Shown piece after piece: positions 55,382-64,000 of a DNA stretch of 64,000 bases (position 1 is its first letter; every line of letters begins with the position of its first letter). Both the position numbers and the translations under genes were made by a program. This stretch comes from an uncultured Alphaproteobacteria bacterium (GTDB lineage Bacteria; Pseudomonadota; Alphaproteobacteria; RF32; CAG-239): assembly GCA_949282205.1 (NCBI GenBank), contig CASDOS010000047.1:21925-85924 (forward strand), read 5' to 3'. The notes under the pieces are model-generated. The model ran no database searches, was not told where the DNA came from, and saw nothing but the letters and a program-made list of their open reading frames with translations.

Positions 55382-55516
55382 TTCTTGATACTTATATATT
55401 CCCGAACGGCGGGTATTTGGGGAAAAAAATAAAATTTTCTTGGCGCTTTCAAATGTTGTGATATATATTCCTTAAATATGGGTAAATGTTTGTAGATGTA
55501 GAATAAAGGAGCTGGC

Positions 55517-56047
55517 GTGTTTGTGGGGTTGTTGACGGCTTTGGCGGCTTTTGCGTTGGATCAGGCTTCCAAAATGTGGGTCTTTTCGTTTTTGGCGAAC
55601 GGACGTCCGGTTTTTGAATTGACGCCTTTCTTTAATTTGGTTATGGCGTGGAATACAGGTGTCAGTTTTTCTATGTTTGATAATCTCGGTGGCGCCGGCG
55701 TCTATATACTTTCCGCTTTCTCGCTTATTGTCGTTGGGTTCTTGCTTTATTGGTTGAAAGATGAAAAGTCCGTCCTTATTCAAATGGCTCTCGGTATGAT
55801 TATCGGGGGCGCTGTCGGTAATGTTGTCGATAGAGTGCGCATGGGGGCGGTGTTTGACTTTTTGGATATTCATGCTTTCGGATATCATTGGCCGGCCTTT
55901 AATCTTGCCGACAGCTTTATCTGTATCGGCGCGGCTCTGGTTATTTGCAACGGATTATTCTTTAATAAAGAATGGGATGAACCTGAAAAACAGGGGGATT
56001 TTTCGGAAAAAACAGATACCAAAAGTTCCGTTGAGGCTAAAAAATAA
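55517..56047 (+). CDS. lspA: Lipoprotein signal peptidase (signal peptidase II)
   Basis: AAGGAG SD with a GTG start; NTGVSFS, GGAVGNVVDR, FNLADS. Confidence 0.92.
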   Translation: MFVGLLTALAAFALDQASKMWVFSFLANGRPVFELTPFFNLVMAWNTGVSFSMFDNLGGAGVYILSAFSLIVVGFLLYWLKDEKSVLIQMALGMIIGGAVGNVVDRVRMGAVFDFLDIHAFGYHWPAFNLADSFICIGAALVICNGLFFNKEWDEPEKQGDFSEKTDTKSSVEAKK

Positions 56048-56170
56048 TTGCTTCTTGTTTATCCGGTTTGTTATTTAGGGCTTGTTGTTATGGAGTGAAG
56101 GGGGCTGTTTTTGTTATGGTGTGAATGGTTCGGTTTTTTGAAACAGAGCTTTTTTTTATAAGGAGATTGA

Positions 56171-56377
56171 ATGATGAAAAAATTGTTGTTTGTGGTGTTT
56201 GTTTTGGGGATTATCGCCGGACTTTCTTCTTGCGGATTGACAAAGGAAGATTTGGGTATGGCTAAGTCTAAACCCGATGAAACTCAAGTTTCTCGTCGTA
56301 ATCAATTGTTGTTGCCGCCGGATTTTGACGTACGGCCGGTTGTGGCGCAAAATCAAGTTGCAGATACGCAGGAATAA
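56171..56377 (+). CDS. Small lipoprotein (68 aa), probably DUF3035/BamF-like
   Basis: Lipobox LSSCG; PDETQVSRRNQLLLPPDFDVRP resembles the DUF3035 core. Its position between lspA and the M16 peptidases is as in many Alphaproteobacteria. The family is assigned from memory. Confidence 0.6.
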   Translation: MMKKLLFVVFVLGIIAGLSSCGLTKEDLGMAKSKPDETQVSRRNQLLLPPDFDVRPVVAQNQVADTQE

Positions 56378-56483
56378 ATCAAGTTTGTGGCGAGGGGCGG
56401 GCTTATTCGGTAAATTCGCAAAATCCGGGTGGAAATTGCATCGCAGGGAAAACAATATGTAAATTCAGAATTGGAGCGGGAAT

Positions 56484-57869
56484 ATGCGCTTGTTTAGGCT
56501 TATACAAGAAAATATCAAATTATCACGCTTTACTTTGGTGGCGGTCGGGGCGGCGATGATGTTGACGATTGTCGCTCGCAATGCTCAGGCTAAATTAATG
56601 AACCTTTCGGCTTTTACTCTTGATAACGGTTTACAAGTGGTTGTGGTCGAAAATCATAAGGCGCCGGTGGTCTTGCAGCAGGTCCTCTATAAAACCGGCT
56701 CGCTCTACGATCCCAAAGGAAAAGGAGGTATTGCTCATCTCTTGGAACATATGATGTTTCGAGGTACAGATAAACTTCCCGGGAAAATGTTTGACAATCT
56801 AACGCAAAAATATGGGGCGCAGTCTAACGCTTATACTACTTATGACGAAACAGGCTATTATGAATTTTCCGATATCTCTAAACTCGAATTGATGATGGCT
56901 CTTGAAGCCGAGCGTATGGCGCATCTTAAAATGAGCGATGCCGATTTTTTGAAAGAACGAGGCGTGGTTTTACAAGAACGTAAACAAAGGTTTGAATCAA
57001 ATCCCGTTCCCCTGTTTTATGAAACTTTAAATAAAATTTTATGGCAGGATCATCCCTTTGCTTCGTCCGTCGGTGGGTCTGAACCGGAAATATCGGGCTT
57101 GAATATTCAAGACGCAACGGATTTTTATCATGCTTATTATCGCCCCGATAACGCTATCCTTATTCTGGCCGGTAATATTACCAAAGATGAGGCTCGTGTT
57201 TTGGCGAAAAAATATTACGCTTCGGTTCAAAATCCCGAACGGCCCTTTAATCGTCCAGTGTTTGTTGACCCGAAAAATATTGATGCGGATATGGTGGTTA
57301 AATTGGATGGCGTGCAGAAACCGCGCTTTGTGCAATATATCCGCTTGGACGGGCAGCTGTTGTCTAAAAAAGATATTGAAGCGCTTAGTTTGCTTACGAC
57401 GTTTTTGACCGGCGATGATACGTCGTATGTGTATGACAAACTTGTTTATCGCGATAAAAAATTATTGGGTGTCGAGGTCGGTTTTTCTTATTGTTTTGGT
57501 GTCGGGGGAACGGTGTCGTTTTATGCAGTTCCCGCATCTGAGTGGCTTAAAGATGAAACTCCCGAGAAACAATTGGCGGAAATTAAAGAACTTTTGTTTC
57601 AAACGGTTGATGAGGGGGGGAAAGCCTTAACACAGGAAGATTTGGATAAAATAAAGAATCGTATGCTTTCCAATGCTGTCTATATGCAGGAAAATCCACA
57701 ATCAGCCGGTCGATTTGTCGGTTCTATGCTCATTAATGATTATACACCCGAGGAAATTATGAATTATGACGAACGTATTATGGCGATTACGCTTAATGAT
57801 GTGGTTGAGGCGTGGAATAAAGTTAAAAAATCTAAGGCAAAAGTTGCCGGTTATTTGATTGGACAATGA
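56484..57869 (+). CDS. M16-family zinc peptidase (active subunit)
   Basis: HLLEHMMFRGT (HxxEH) and a downstream Glu (LEAERMA). Confidence 0.9.
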   Translation: MRLFRLIQENIKLSRFTLVAVGAAMMLTIVARNAQAKLMNLSAFTLDNGLQVVVVENHKAPVVLQQVLYKTGSLYDPKGKGGIAHLLEHMMFRGTDKLPGKMFDNLTQKYGAQSNAYTTYDETGYYEFSDISKLELMMALEAERMAHLKMSDADFLKERGVVLQERKQRFESNPVPLFYETLNKILWQDHPFASSVGGSEPEISGLNIQDATDFYHAYYRPDNAILILAGNITKDEARVLAKKYYASVQNPERPFNRPVFVDPKNIDADMVVKLDGVQKPRFVQYIRLDGQLLSKKDIEALSLLTTFLTGDDTSYVYDKLVYRDKKLLGVEVGFSYCFGVGGTVSFYAVPASEWLKDETPEKQLAEIKELLFQTVDEGGKALTQEDLDKIKNRMLSNAVYMQENPQSAGRFVGSMLINDYTPEEIMNYDERIMAITLNDVVEAWNKVKKSKAKVAGYLIGQ

Positions 57870-57885
57870 ACTTTTTTGAGGGGCA

Positions 57886-59301
57886 ATGATGCGAAAAAAT
57901 TGGAAAATCGGTTTGTGTTGCGCGGTTGTCTTGTTGGGCGCAGCAGTTGGTTATGCCTTATGGACTGATGCTTATGCGCCGATTGATGCTGAGCGTATTT
58001 TAGCAAATTCTAAATTAAACGGACGGACTTTTAAAGGCGAAGTTGTCGAAATTCAAGCCGATAATAATTTGTTGCACGCTTATTTAATGGAAGAACATAG
58101 CGTGCCGTTGGCGGCGATTTCTTTCGGATTTGATAAAGCCGGAACGGCTTATGAACCCAAAGATGGCGTGGCTTTGTTGACTGAAAGTGTTTTATTGGAC
58201 GGCGCAGGACGCTTTTCTCGTAAAGAATTGCGGGAAACTATGAAAGAAAAAGGAATTAAACTTGCAGTTTCCGCGGGAAATGACCGTTTGACGTTTTCGC
58301 TCAGCTTTGTGAAAAAATTTGAAAAAGAGGCGTTGGAAATCTTAAAAGCCGTTCTTTATGACGCGCATTTTAAAAAAGAAGATATTGATTTGGCGCGTCG
58401 TCAACTCGCTATGCTCAAACAACAGCAAAAAGAAAGTCCTCAGTATCAACTTAATCGCTTGATGGATAAAACTTTTTATGGCGAGCATCCGTATACTAAA
58501 GAGGGAATTCCCGACGATGCGGTTTTGGCTAAAGTGTCTGTGCAAGACATGCGAGATTATCTTAAACAATTTATGGCTAAAAATACTTTAAGCATCGGTA
58601 TTGCCGGTGATATGGACAGAGCCGAAAGCGAAGCCTTTTTAACGCAGGCCTTCGCGGGACTTGTTGATACTTCTAAAGGTGTTGATTTGCCGGAATTTAA
58701 ACCCGATTGGAATGCTCCTAAAGTTGCTGAAGTGTCCGATATTTCCGCACAGAGTTTGATTATGCTTAAATCTTTGGGCGTGCCGCGTTTGGATGACGAT
58801 TTTTATCCGTTGCTTTTGGCGGATTATGTTTTCGGTGGGGCGGGGCTCTCGTCGCGGTTAAGTTTGGCCGTAAGAGAAAATGAAGGCTTAACTTATGGTA
58901 TTTATAGCTTTTTGACGAGTGATGATACCGGTGATTTTTGGCAGATTTATTTTTCTACTACTCCAGATAATACCGCGCGAATTTTTGATTTACTTAATCA
59001 GGAATATGAAAAATTTTATCGGGAGGGGCTTTCTCAACACGAACTTGATGTCGCTAAGAGCAGTTTACTCTCCTCTTTTAATCTCCGCTTTTCTTCCGTG
59101 GCGGTGATTGCTGAAATGTTGGAGCAAATGCAGGTGCAAAAATTGGGAATTGATTTTTTGAAAAATCGGCAAAATCAAGTGAAAGAGGTTACTCTTGAAC
59201 AAGTTAATGATGCTATTCGCCGTCGGCTTCCAAAAACGCTGAAAGAAGGTGACGGGGCGCGCGTGTTTGAAATTGTCGGTGCGGCGCAGAAAAATAATTG
59301 A
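57886..59301 (+). CDS. M16-family peptidase-like protein lacking HxxEH (non-catalytic partner)
   Basis: Same fold signature and length, but no HxxEH motif. Adjacent to the active subunit. Confidence 0.85.
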   Translation: MMRKNWKIGLCCAVVLLGAAVGYALWTDAYAPIDAERILANSKLNGRTFKGEVVEIQADNNLLHAYLMEEHSVPLAAISFGFDKAGTAYEPKDGVALLTESVLLDGAGRFSRKELRETMKEKGIKLAVSAGNDRLTFSLSFVKKFEKEALEILKAVLYDAHFKKEDIDLARRQLAMLKQQQKESPQYQLNRLMDKTFYGEHPYTKEGIPDDAVLAKVSVQDMRDYLKQFMAKNTLSIGIAGDMDRAESEAFLTQAFAGLVDTSKGVDLPEFKPDWNAPKVAEVSDISAQSLIMLKSLGVPRLDDDFYPLLLADYVFGGAGLSSRLSLAVRENEGLTYGIYSFLTSDDTGDFWQIYFSTTPDNTARIFDLLNQEYEKFYREGLSQHELDVAKSSLLSSFNLRFSSVAVIAEMLEQMQVQKLGIDFLKNRQNQVKEVTLEQVNDAIRRRLPKTLKEGDGARVFEIVGAAQKNN

Positions 59302-59502
59302 AATAGATGAAAATGTATCCAATTGATGATATTTGTTGCTTAATGTCTTGATTTAATGCTCTTTTATTTTTGCAACATACAGCCCTTTTTCTAACGATTT
59401 TTTAACTCTCTTTGTGGTAATCTATCTGTAATGTTGAGGAGTGCTTTGAACTCTCAATGTATCTTTATAACTATTTTTTTTGACGCAGGTGCATAAACGA
59501 TT

Positions 59503-59829
59503 ATGAATACATTAAACGATATTTTTGACAGATTGAAAAAGTCCGGATTGCTCATCGTTTTCGGTATATTTTCGGTTTATTTTGCTATTAATGCGGTTAA
59601 AGGAGATAGAGGATTTTTCAGATATCTCTATCTGAAAGGTAAAGTGGAAGCTGCTCAACAGGAAAAAGCGCGGTATGCGGCTATTAAGAAAGATTTGGAG
59701 CATAAAGTCGCAATGCTTTCCGAAAGTTCTCTTGATTTGGATTATCTTGAGGAACGCGCGCGAATCGTACTTAATATGGTCGGCGATGGTGAATATGTTA
59801 TCTTGGATAAAGATATTGATAAAAATTAA
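59503..59829 (+). CDS. ftsB: Septum formation initiator (FtsB/DivIC family)
   Basis: An N-terminal TM followed by a coiled coil. The YLEERAR motif and the 108-aa size are typical. Confidence 0.8.
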   Translation: MNTLNDIFDRLKKSGLLIVFGIFSVYFAINAVKGDRGFFRYLYLKGKVEAAQQEKARYAAIKKDLEHKVAMLSESSLDLDYLEERARIVLNMVGDGEYVILDKDIDKN

Positions 59830-59921
59830 AAAGTGTTTGAAAATTAAAAAAATTGTTGCTATAACCGACCGTAATTGCCGAGGATTGCCTTTTTATTGAC
59901 TCGGCTTGGGGTAATTTATGG

Positions 59922-61160
59922 ATGGTGCATTTGAGATATAAAAGAAAACCTAAAAGACCTAAAGTCCTTAATTTTCAACCGTCGGAAAGTAAAAACTTCT
60001 TTTCCGAAAAGGAGTTTATTATCCGTTCTAATGAGCAAATGAAGGTTTTTAAAATCTCTCCTCGCTTGCAATGGTGCGTCTTCGTTCTTATGATCGTACT
60101 CGGTATCTGGGGCGCGCGTTCCTATCAAATGTATAGCGTTTCAGACAGAATTATCTCGTATCAGGAACGTAAATTGGGCGAAACACGCAGTGCTTATGTC
60201 GATCTGATGAGCGACTTCGTTACCGTGCATAAAAATATTTCTGCGTTGGTGCAAAATTTTGGACAGACTTCAAATGCTCAAAAACAAGATGATTTAGATG
60301 AGTATCTTAAACGCGCAGAGGTTATTGAAGAGAAAATTAAACGGATTACCGCTAAAGAAGATTGGATTAATGAACATGATTTGTCTCAGAAAAGCGCTTT
60401 GAAAGATGCTCTTATACATCGTGATGTCGCTATCGAAGAGAAAAAACAATTGGAAGAAAAAGTGGCGCATCTTCAGGAAATGGTCGCTTCGTTGCAGGCT
60501 TTCGAAATGGATATTTTGAAGAAAATCGAAACCCTTTCCAATAAGGATATTGATAAAATCAAAAGCACTATTTCTACCGTCAACGGTGAATTGAAACGTC
60601 GGGGAAAATATTATAACCCCCTCGCTAACTCTAAGAAAAATAGTAAAGGGGGGCTTTATGTTCCCGATAATGTTGCTTTGGGACAAAATCAGGAATTGAT
60701 GGCACAGGTGAATAAAACTTTTAGCTCAATCGACGATAATTCTTATTATCAAGAGGCTTTGAAACGTATCCCTATCGGAAAACCTGTCTGGTCGTATTGG
60801 TTGTCTTCTCCGTTCGGAAAACGTACGGATCCGTTTAATGCTAAAAGCGCAAGGCACAAAGGTGTCGATTTGGCTTCTAATAAAGGTAATAAAATCAAAA
60901 CTATGGCCGAGGGGAAAGTTATACGCGCAGGGACGGCTTCCGGTTATGGTAAAATGGTTGAAATTGACCATGGTAACGGCTTTAAAACCAAATATGGACA
61001 TATGAATGCAATTTATGTGCAGAAAGGTGAAGAGGTGGTCTTGGGGCAGGCTATCGGTGAAGTCGGTAGTACCGGGCGTTCTACCGGTCCGCATTTGCAT
61101 TATGAAATCCTCTATGACGGCGTTAATTTGGATCCGATGGTCTTTATTAAGGCTAAGTAG
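59922..61160 (+). CDS. M23-family peptidase with TM anchor and long coiled coil
   Basis: HKGVDLA, GYGKMVEIDHGNG, STGPHLHYE. Confidence 0.9.
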   Translation: MVHLRYKRKPKRPKVLNFQPSESKNFFSEKEFIIRSNEQMKVFKISPRLQWCVFVLMIVLGIWGARSYQMYSVSDRIISYQERKLGETRSAYVDLMSDFVTVHKNISALVQNFGQTSNAQKQDDLDEYLKRAEVIEEKIKRITAKEDWINEHDLSQKSALKDALIHRDVAIEEKKQLEEKVAHLQEMVASLQAFEMDILKKIETLSNKDIDKIKSTISTVNGELKRRGKYYNPLANSKKNSKGGLYVPDNVALGQNQELMAQVNKTFSSIDDNSYYQEALKRIPIGKPVWSYWLSSPFGKRTDPFNAKSARHKGVDLASNKGNKIKTMAEGKVIRAGTASGYGKMVEIDHGNGFKTKYGHMNAIYVQKGEEVVLGQAIGEVGSTGRSTGPHLHYEILYDGVNLDPMVFIKAK

Positions 61161-61242
61161 TGTTTTGAGTGTGACGAGGAGAGATTTTTTATGGGGGAGG
61201 GTAAATTGTTTACCGATTTTTTTTTAGAGGAGATTTGTTGTG

Positions 61243-61653
61243 ATGAGGAAGTTTAGACGAGTGGTGTTTTTGAAGTTGGCTCGTATGATGAGAGGGGAGA
61301 AAAATATTGTGCCGTGCATTATCAGTTCGGGAACGCGTATTGTCGGAAATATTACCGATGGTGATGTTATTCATATCGACGGCAGATTGGACGGCGATGT
61401 GAATTGTCGGGAATTGGTTATCGGTAGTACCGGTGCCGTTAACGGGAAAATTCAAGCGAAAAGTTTGGAACTCTATGGCGAACTCAACGGTTCGTTGGCT
61501 GTTGAAAATCTGTTTATTGCAGGTTCCGCCAGATTTATCGGTGATTCGGTTTATAAAACTATTGCTATTGAACCGGGCGCCGTCTTGGAAGGTAAATGCG
61601 CCGTTTCTAAAGTCCCGCAAAAAAACGAAACTGATATTGAAGCGGCGGAATAA
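61243..61653 (+). CDS. Bactofilin (polymer-forming cytoskeletal protein)
   Basis: Repetitive beta-helix pattern (G.I.G.V....L.I...G.V.G.I.A..L...G...G). Confidence 0.85.
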   Translation: MRKFRRVVFLKLARMMRGEKNIVPCIISSGTRIVGNITDGDVIHIDGRLDGDVNCRELVIGSTGAVNGKIQAKSLELYGELNGSLAVENLFIAGSARFIGDSVYKTIAIEPGAVLEGKCAVSKVPQKNETDIEAAE

Positions 61654-61683
61654 TCCTCTTTTTCAGTTTGGATGTAAAATAAA

Positions 61684-61712
61684 AGGCGACAGTTTTAACT
61701 GCCGCTTTTTAT
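61684..61712. terminator. Intrinsic terminator between convergent genes
   Basis: ggcgacagtt / aactgccgc imperfect stem followed by T5. Confidence 0.6.
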
Positions 61713-61728
61713 TTGTTTTGAAACGCTT

Positions 61729-62214
61729 TTATGGATAGCGTCTTTTGAAACTTTCGTTCTTGGGAGGATAATGCGGCGGTGTTTCATCTTTGTCCGGAAA
61801 TTGCATGAGGAAAAGTCCCAAAACATATAAAAACAAAGCGCCCGATATGGATATTCCGTATAAAAAACTGTTGGCTTGTTCCAACATGGAAATATAGACA
61901 GCATTGGCTATAACTAGACATACAAAACTTATCGTGTAGGCGATAAAGTAGGTGTCTGCCAGAGGATATTTGCTGTGCTTGTTTATTCGGATACCCACTA
62001 TCATTTCTATCAGCAGTGACAGCAAAATGACGAGTATTTGACCGCAGAATTTATCTGCGTAACTTAATGCAATCAAGTTGCCGATGATAATGATGATACT
62101 GCAACTCAATAATTTTGCTTCCAGGTGATTCATCTTCCACCAACGGGTTATTCTCTTTTTCATAATGATAAAATTTATGAAGGTTAATAATTGGCATACT
62201 TGTATAAATTGCAA
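61729..62214 (-). CDS. Hypothetical integral membrane protein (161 aa)
   Basis: Four or five hydrophobic helices. No recognised family. Confidence 0.6.
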   Translation of the reverse strand: MQFIQVCQLLTFINFIIMKKRITRWWKMNHLEAKLLSCSIIIIIGNLIALSYADKFCGQILVILLSLLIEMIVGIRINKHSKYPLADTYFIAYTISFVCLVIANAVYISMLEQANSFLYGISISGALFLYVLGLFLMQFPDKDETPPHYPPKNESFKRRYP

Positions 62215-62285
62215 TCGCCAATTTATTACTTTTTTGAAAAAATGTCAAGCGCTGCTCTGTTCGATTTTATGAAGACAGAGAGGAG

Positions 62286-62726
62286 TCAGACACGATGATA
62301 GGGGTGATGATTGATGATGGTTTCCGCTCGATAAATTTGCTCTGTTAATACCGCGCGCATCAAAATATGCGGTAAGGTCAATTTGCCAAAAGATAACAAT
62401 AAATCTGCCTTTTGACGCGTACTGTCCAGATGTCCGTCCGCTCCGCCGATTAAAAAACAAATTTCCGAACAGCCCGCCAACATCCAGTTTTCAATAATCT
62501 CGGCAAATTCAGGACTGCTTATATTTTTGCCGCGCTCGTCTAATACGACTACTTTCGCATGAGCTGATATGCAGGATTGTAAAAATTTTGCTTCTTCCTC
62601 TTGTGTGCCGTTATCTTTCTCTTTAATCGTCAAATTCCATTTCATTCGTTCGGCGTAGCGCTTTATAATCTCTCCTTCAGGTGAATTGTCTTTGCACTTG
62701 CCGATGACGCCTAAGGTTATTTTCAT
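62286..62726 (-). CDS. rlmH: 23S rRNA (pseudouridine1915-N3)-methyltransferase RlmH (SPOUT)
   Basis: Size and C-terminal motif FLIGGADG...SFGKLTLPH.L.R..L.EQIYRA. Confidence 0.88.
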   Translation of the reverse strand: MKITLGVIGKCKDNSPEGEIIKRYAERMKWNLTIKEKDNGTQEEEAKFLQSCISAHAKVVVLDERGKNISSPEFAEIIENWMLAGCSEICFLIGGADGHLDSTRQKADLLLSFGKLTLPHILMRAVLTEQIYRAETIINHHPYHRV

Positions 62727-63898
62727 GCTTCGCTCGCTTGATTTAGGTTTTTTGTCGCTTGTTCTTGATGCCGTATTTGTTGTTTGGCTGCCGCTCGTCC
62801 CGAGGCTATCGCTTCCACAATCGTGCCGCAGTTTCCGCTCATGTCGCCGGCGTAAACCAGGTCTTGCGGTATTTCGTCTTGGGGGAAATATGAACCTAAC
62901 GCCATGATGACTTTGTCATAGCCGCTTAATTTGATGGCGGGGGCGTCGGTGGCTTCCGCTTTGCCTTGGGCATTAATTCGGTTGCTGATGACGGTTAACT
63001 CGTAGTGCGTGTCGCAGGGGCGAATTTCGGTGACCGAACTCAAAGCTCGTATGGTTATTTTATGCTGTTCTAGTTCGGCAAAATCTTTTGCCATTATCCG
63101 CATATCTTCTTGGCGGCGCCGGACAAACATTTCAACTTCTTTGCTGCCTTGTTTCTTTAATGTTATCGCGCAATCCAACGCTACTTCTCCGCCACCCACG
63201 ACGGCCACTCTTTCATAACTATAAATTGCAGGTGAGCTTAAATAGCGTCGATAATCCAAACTCTCTTCTTCTCCCAATATGCCTAATGTGCGGCGCTTGG
63301 GTTCGCCTAAGGCTAGTACCAGCGCATCATATTGACGGCGCATCGATTCATAATCGCTTATTTCTTGATTGAGGTATACGTTGACGCGCTCGTTTGTTAT
63401 CAGGCGATTGATTTCTTTTTCCAAAACTTCAGGCGGTAGGCGATAGGGGGGAATTAGTCTTGCGGCTCCGCCTAATTTGTTATCTTTTTCATAAATGTCC
63501 ACATTCCAGCCGTTTAGCAAAAATTCATACAAAGCGCCCAATCCTGCAGGTCCGCCTCCTACGACGCAGGCATGTTTGTCATTGCTTGCGGGAAGTTCTA
63601 AGTCCGGTAAGCCGCCTTTTTCCATAATCCTGGCTTGTAAACATGGAATTTCAAGCGCCGTGTCTATCCTTTTTCTGATACATGAACTTTGACAGAACCG
63701 GTCCGGACAAACCAAACCGCAGGTTTGCGCTAAAGGATTGCGTTTGGCAATTTCCGCGGCGGCGCTCTTAAAATCTCCTCCTTTTGCAAGTGCGATAAAA
63801 TCATGCGGTGAAACCCCCAAAGGGCAGGCTTTTTCACAGGGCTTGACTTTGCAACCTAAGCAGCGGTGTAATTCGTTTTTTAATTCTTCCGGCGTCAT
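62723..63898 (-). CDS. GltD/PreT-like FAD/NAD(P)-dependent oxidoreductase with an N-terminal Fe-S Cys cluster
   Basis: C..C....C..AC and CP..C clusters; VVGGGPAGL dinucleotide fold; a second VAVVGGGEVALD. 4-nt overlap with rlmH. Confidence 0.8.
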   Translation of the reverse strand: MTPEELKNELHRCLGCKVKPCEKACPLGVSPHDFIALAKGGDFKSAAAEIAKRNPLAQTCGLVCPDRFCQSSCIRKRIDTALEIPCLQARIMEKGGLPDLELPASNDKHACVVGGGPAGLGALYEFLLNGWNVDIYEKDNKLGGAARLIPPYRLPPEVLEKEINRLITNERVNVYLNQEISDYESMRRQYDALVLALGEPKRRTLGILGEEESLDYRRYLSSPAIYSYERVAVVGGGEVALDCAITLKKQGSKEVEMFVRRRQEDMRIMAKDFAELEQHKITIRALSSVTEIRPCDTHYELTVISNRINAQGKAEATDAPAIKLSGYDKVIMALGSYFPQDEIPQDLVYAGDMSGNCGTIVEAIASGRAAAKQQIRHQEQATKNLNQASEA

Positions 63899-64000
63899 TG
63901 TTTGTTCCTCTTATAAAGTTCTTTCTCAGTTTAAGGGCTTTGCCTTTGTTCGGCAAGCGGAAAAAACTCTTGTGGATAACGATGTACTCTTTTTTGTTGA

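Overview
The window is a chromosomal segment of a Gram-negative bacterium at roughly 40% GC. It is densely coded and mostly housekeeping. Gene content and local order point to an Alphaproteobacterium-like lineage: DUF374-waaA-lpxK, rlpA-dac-tmk, holB-tatD-MBL, lspA-small lipoprotein-M16-M16, ftsB-M23-bactofilin, and an FtsZ with a long acidic linker. I call about 60 CDS: uvrB (5' partial), lon, smpB, a membrane H+-PPase, a compact mraY-ftsW-murB-ftsQ-ftsA-ftsZ block, queH, a DXS-family enzyme, deoB and an ECF sigma module. I also call two tRNA-Ala genes and a set of sigma70-like promoters and intrinsic terminators. I found no CRISPR array, transposase, integrase or rRNA. Five things are worth a second look. 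(1) Two paralogous lipoproteins (404 and ~1100 aa mature) have duplicated promoter and leader regions. (2) A conserved AU-rich leader box and a TTTTGTACAAAA palindrome link five Shine-Dalgarno-less genes of unknown function. (3) An AT-rich accessory islet lies between ftsZ and the tRNA-Ala genes; it carries a small four-Cys secreted-protein family and duplicated 5' modules. (4) A 107-nt direct repeat carries the 3' end of tRNA-Ala(GGC). (5) An anti-sigma/ECF sigma/LTXXQ-sensor module is arranged like CnrYXH and has a readable ECF-type promoter. All family assignments come from motif recognition by eye, without any database search.
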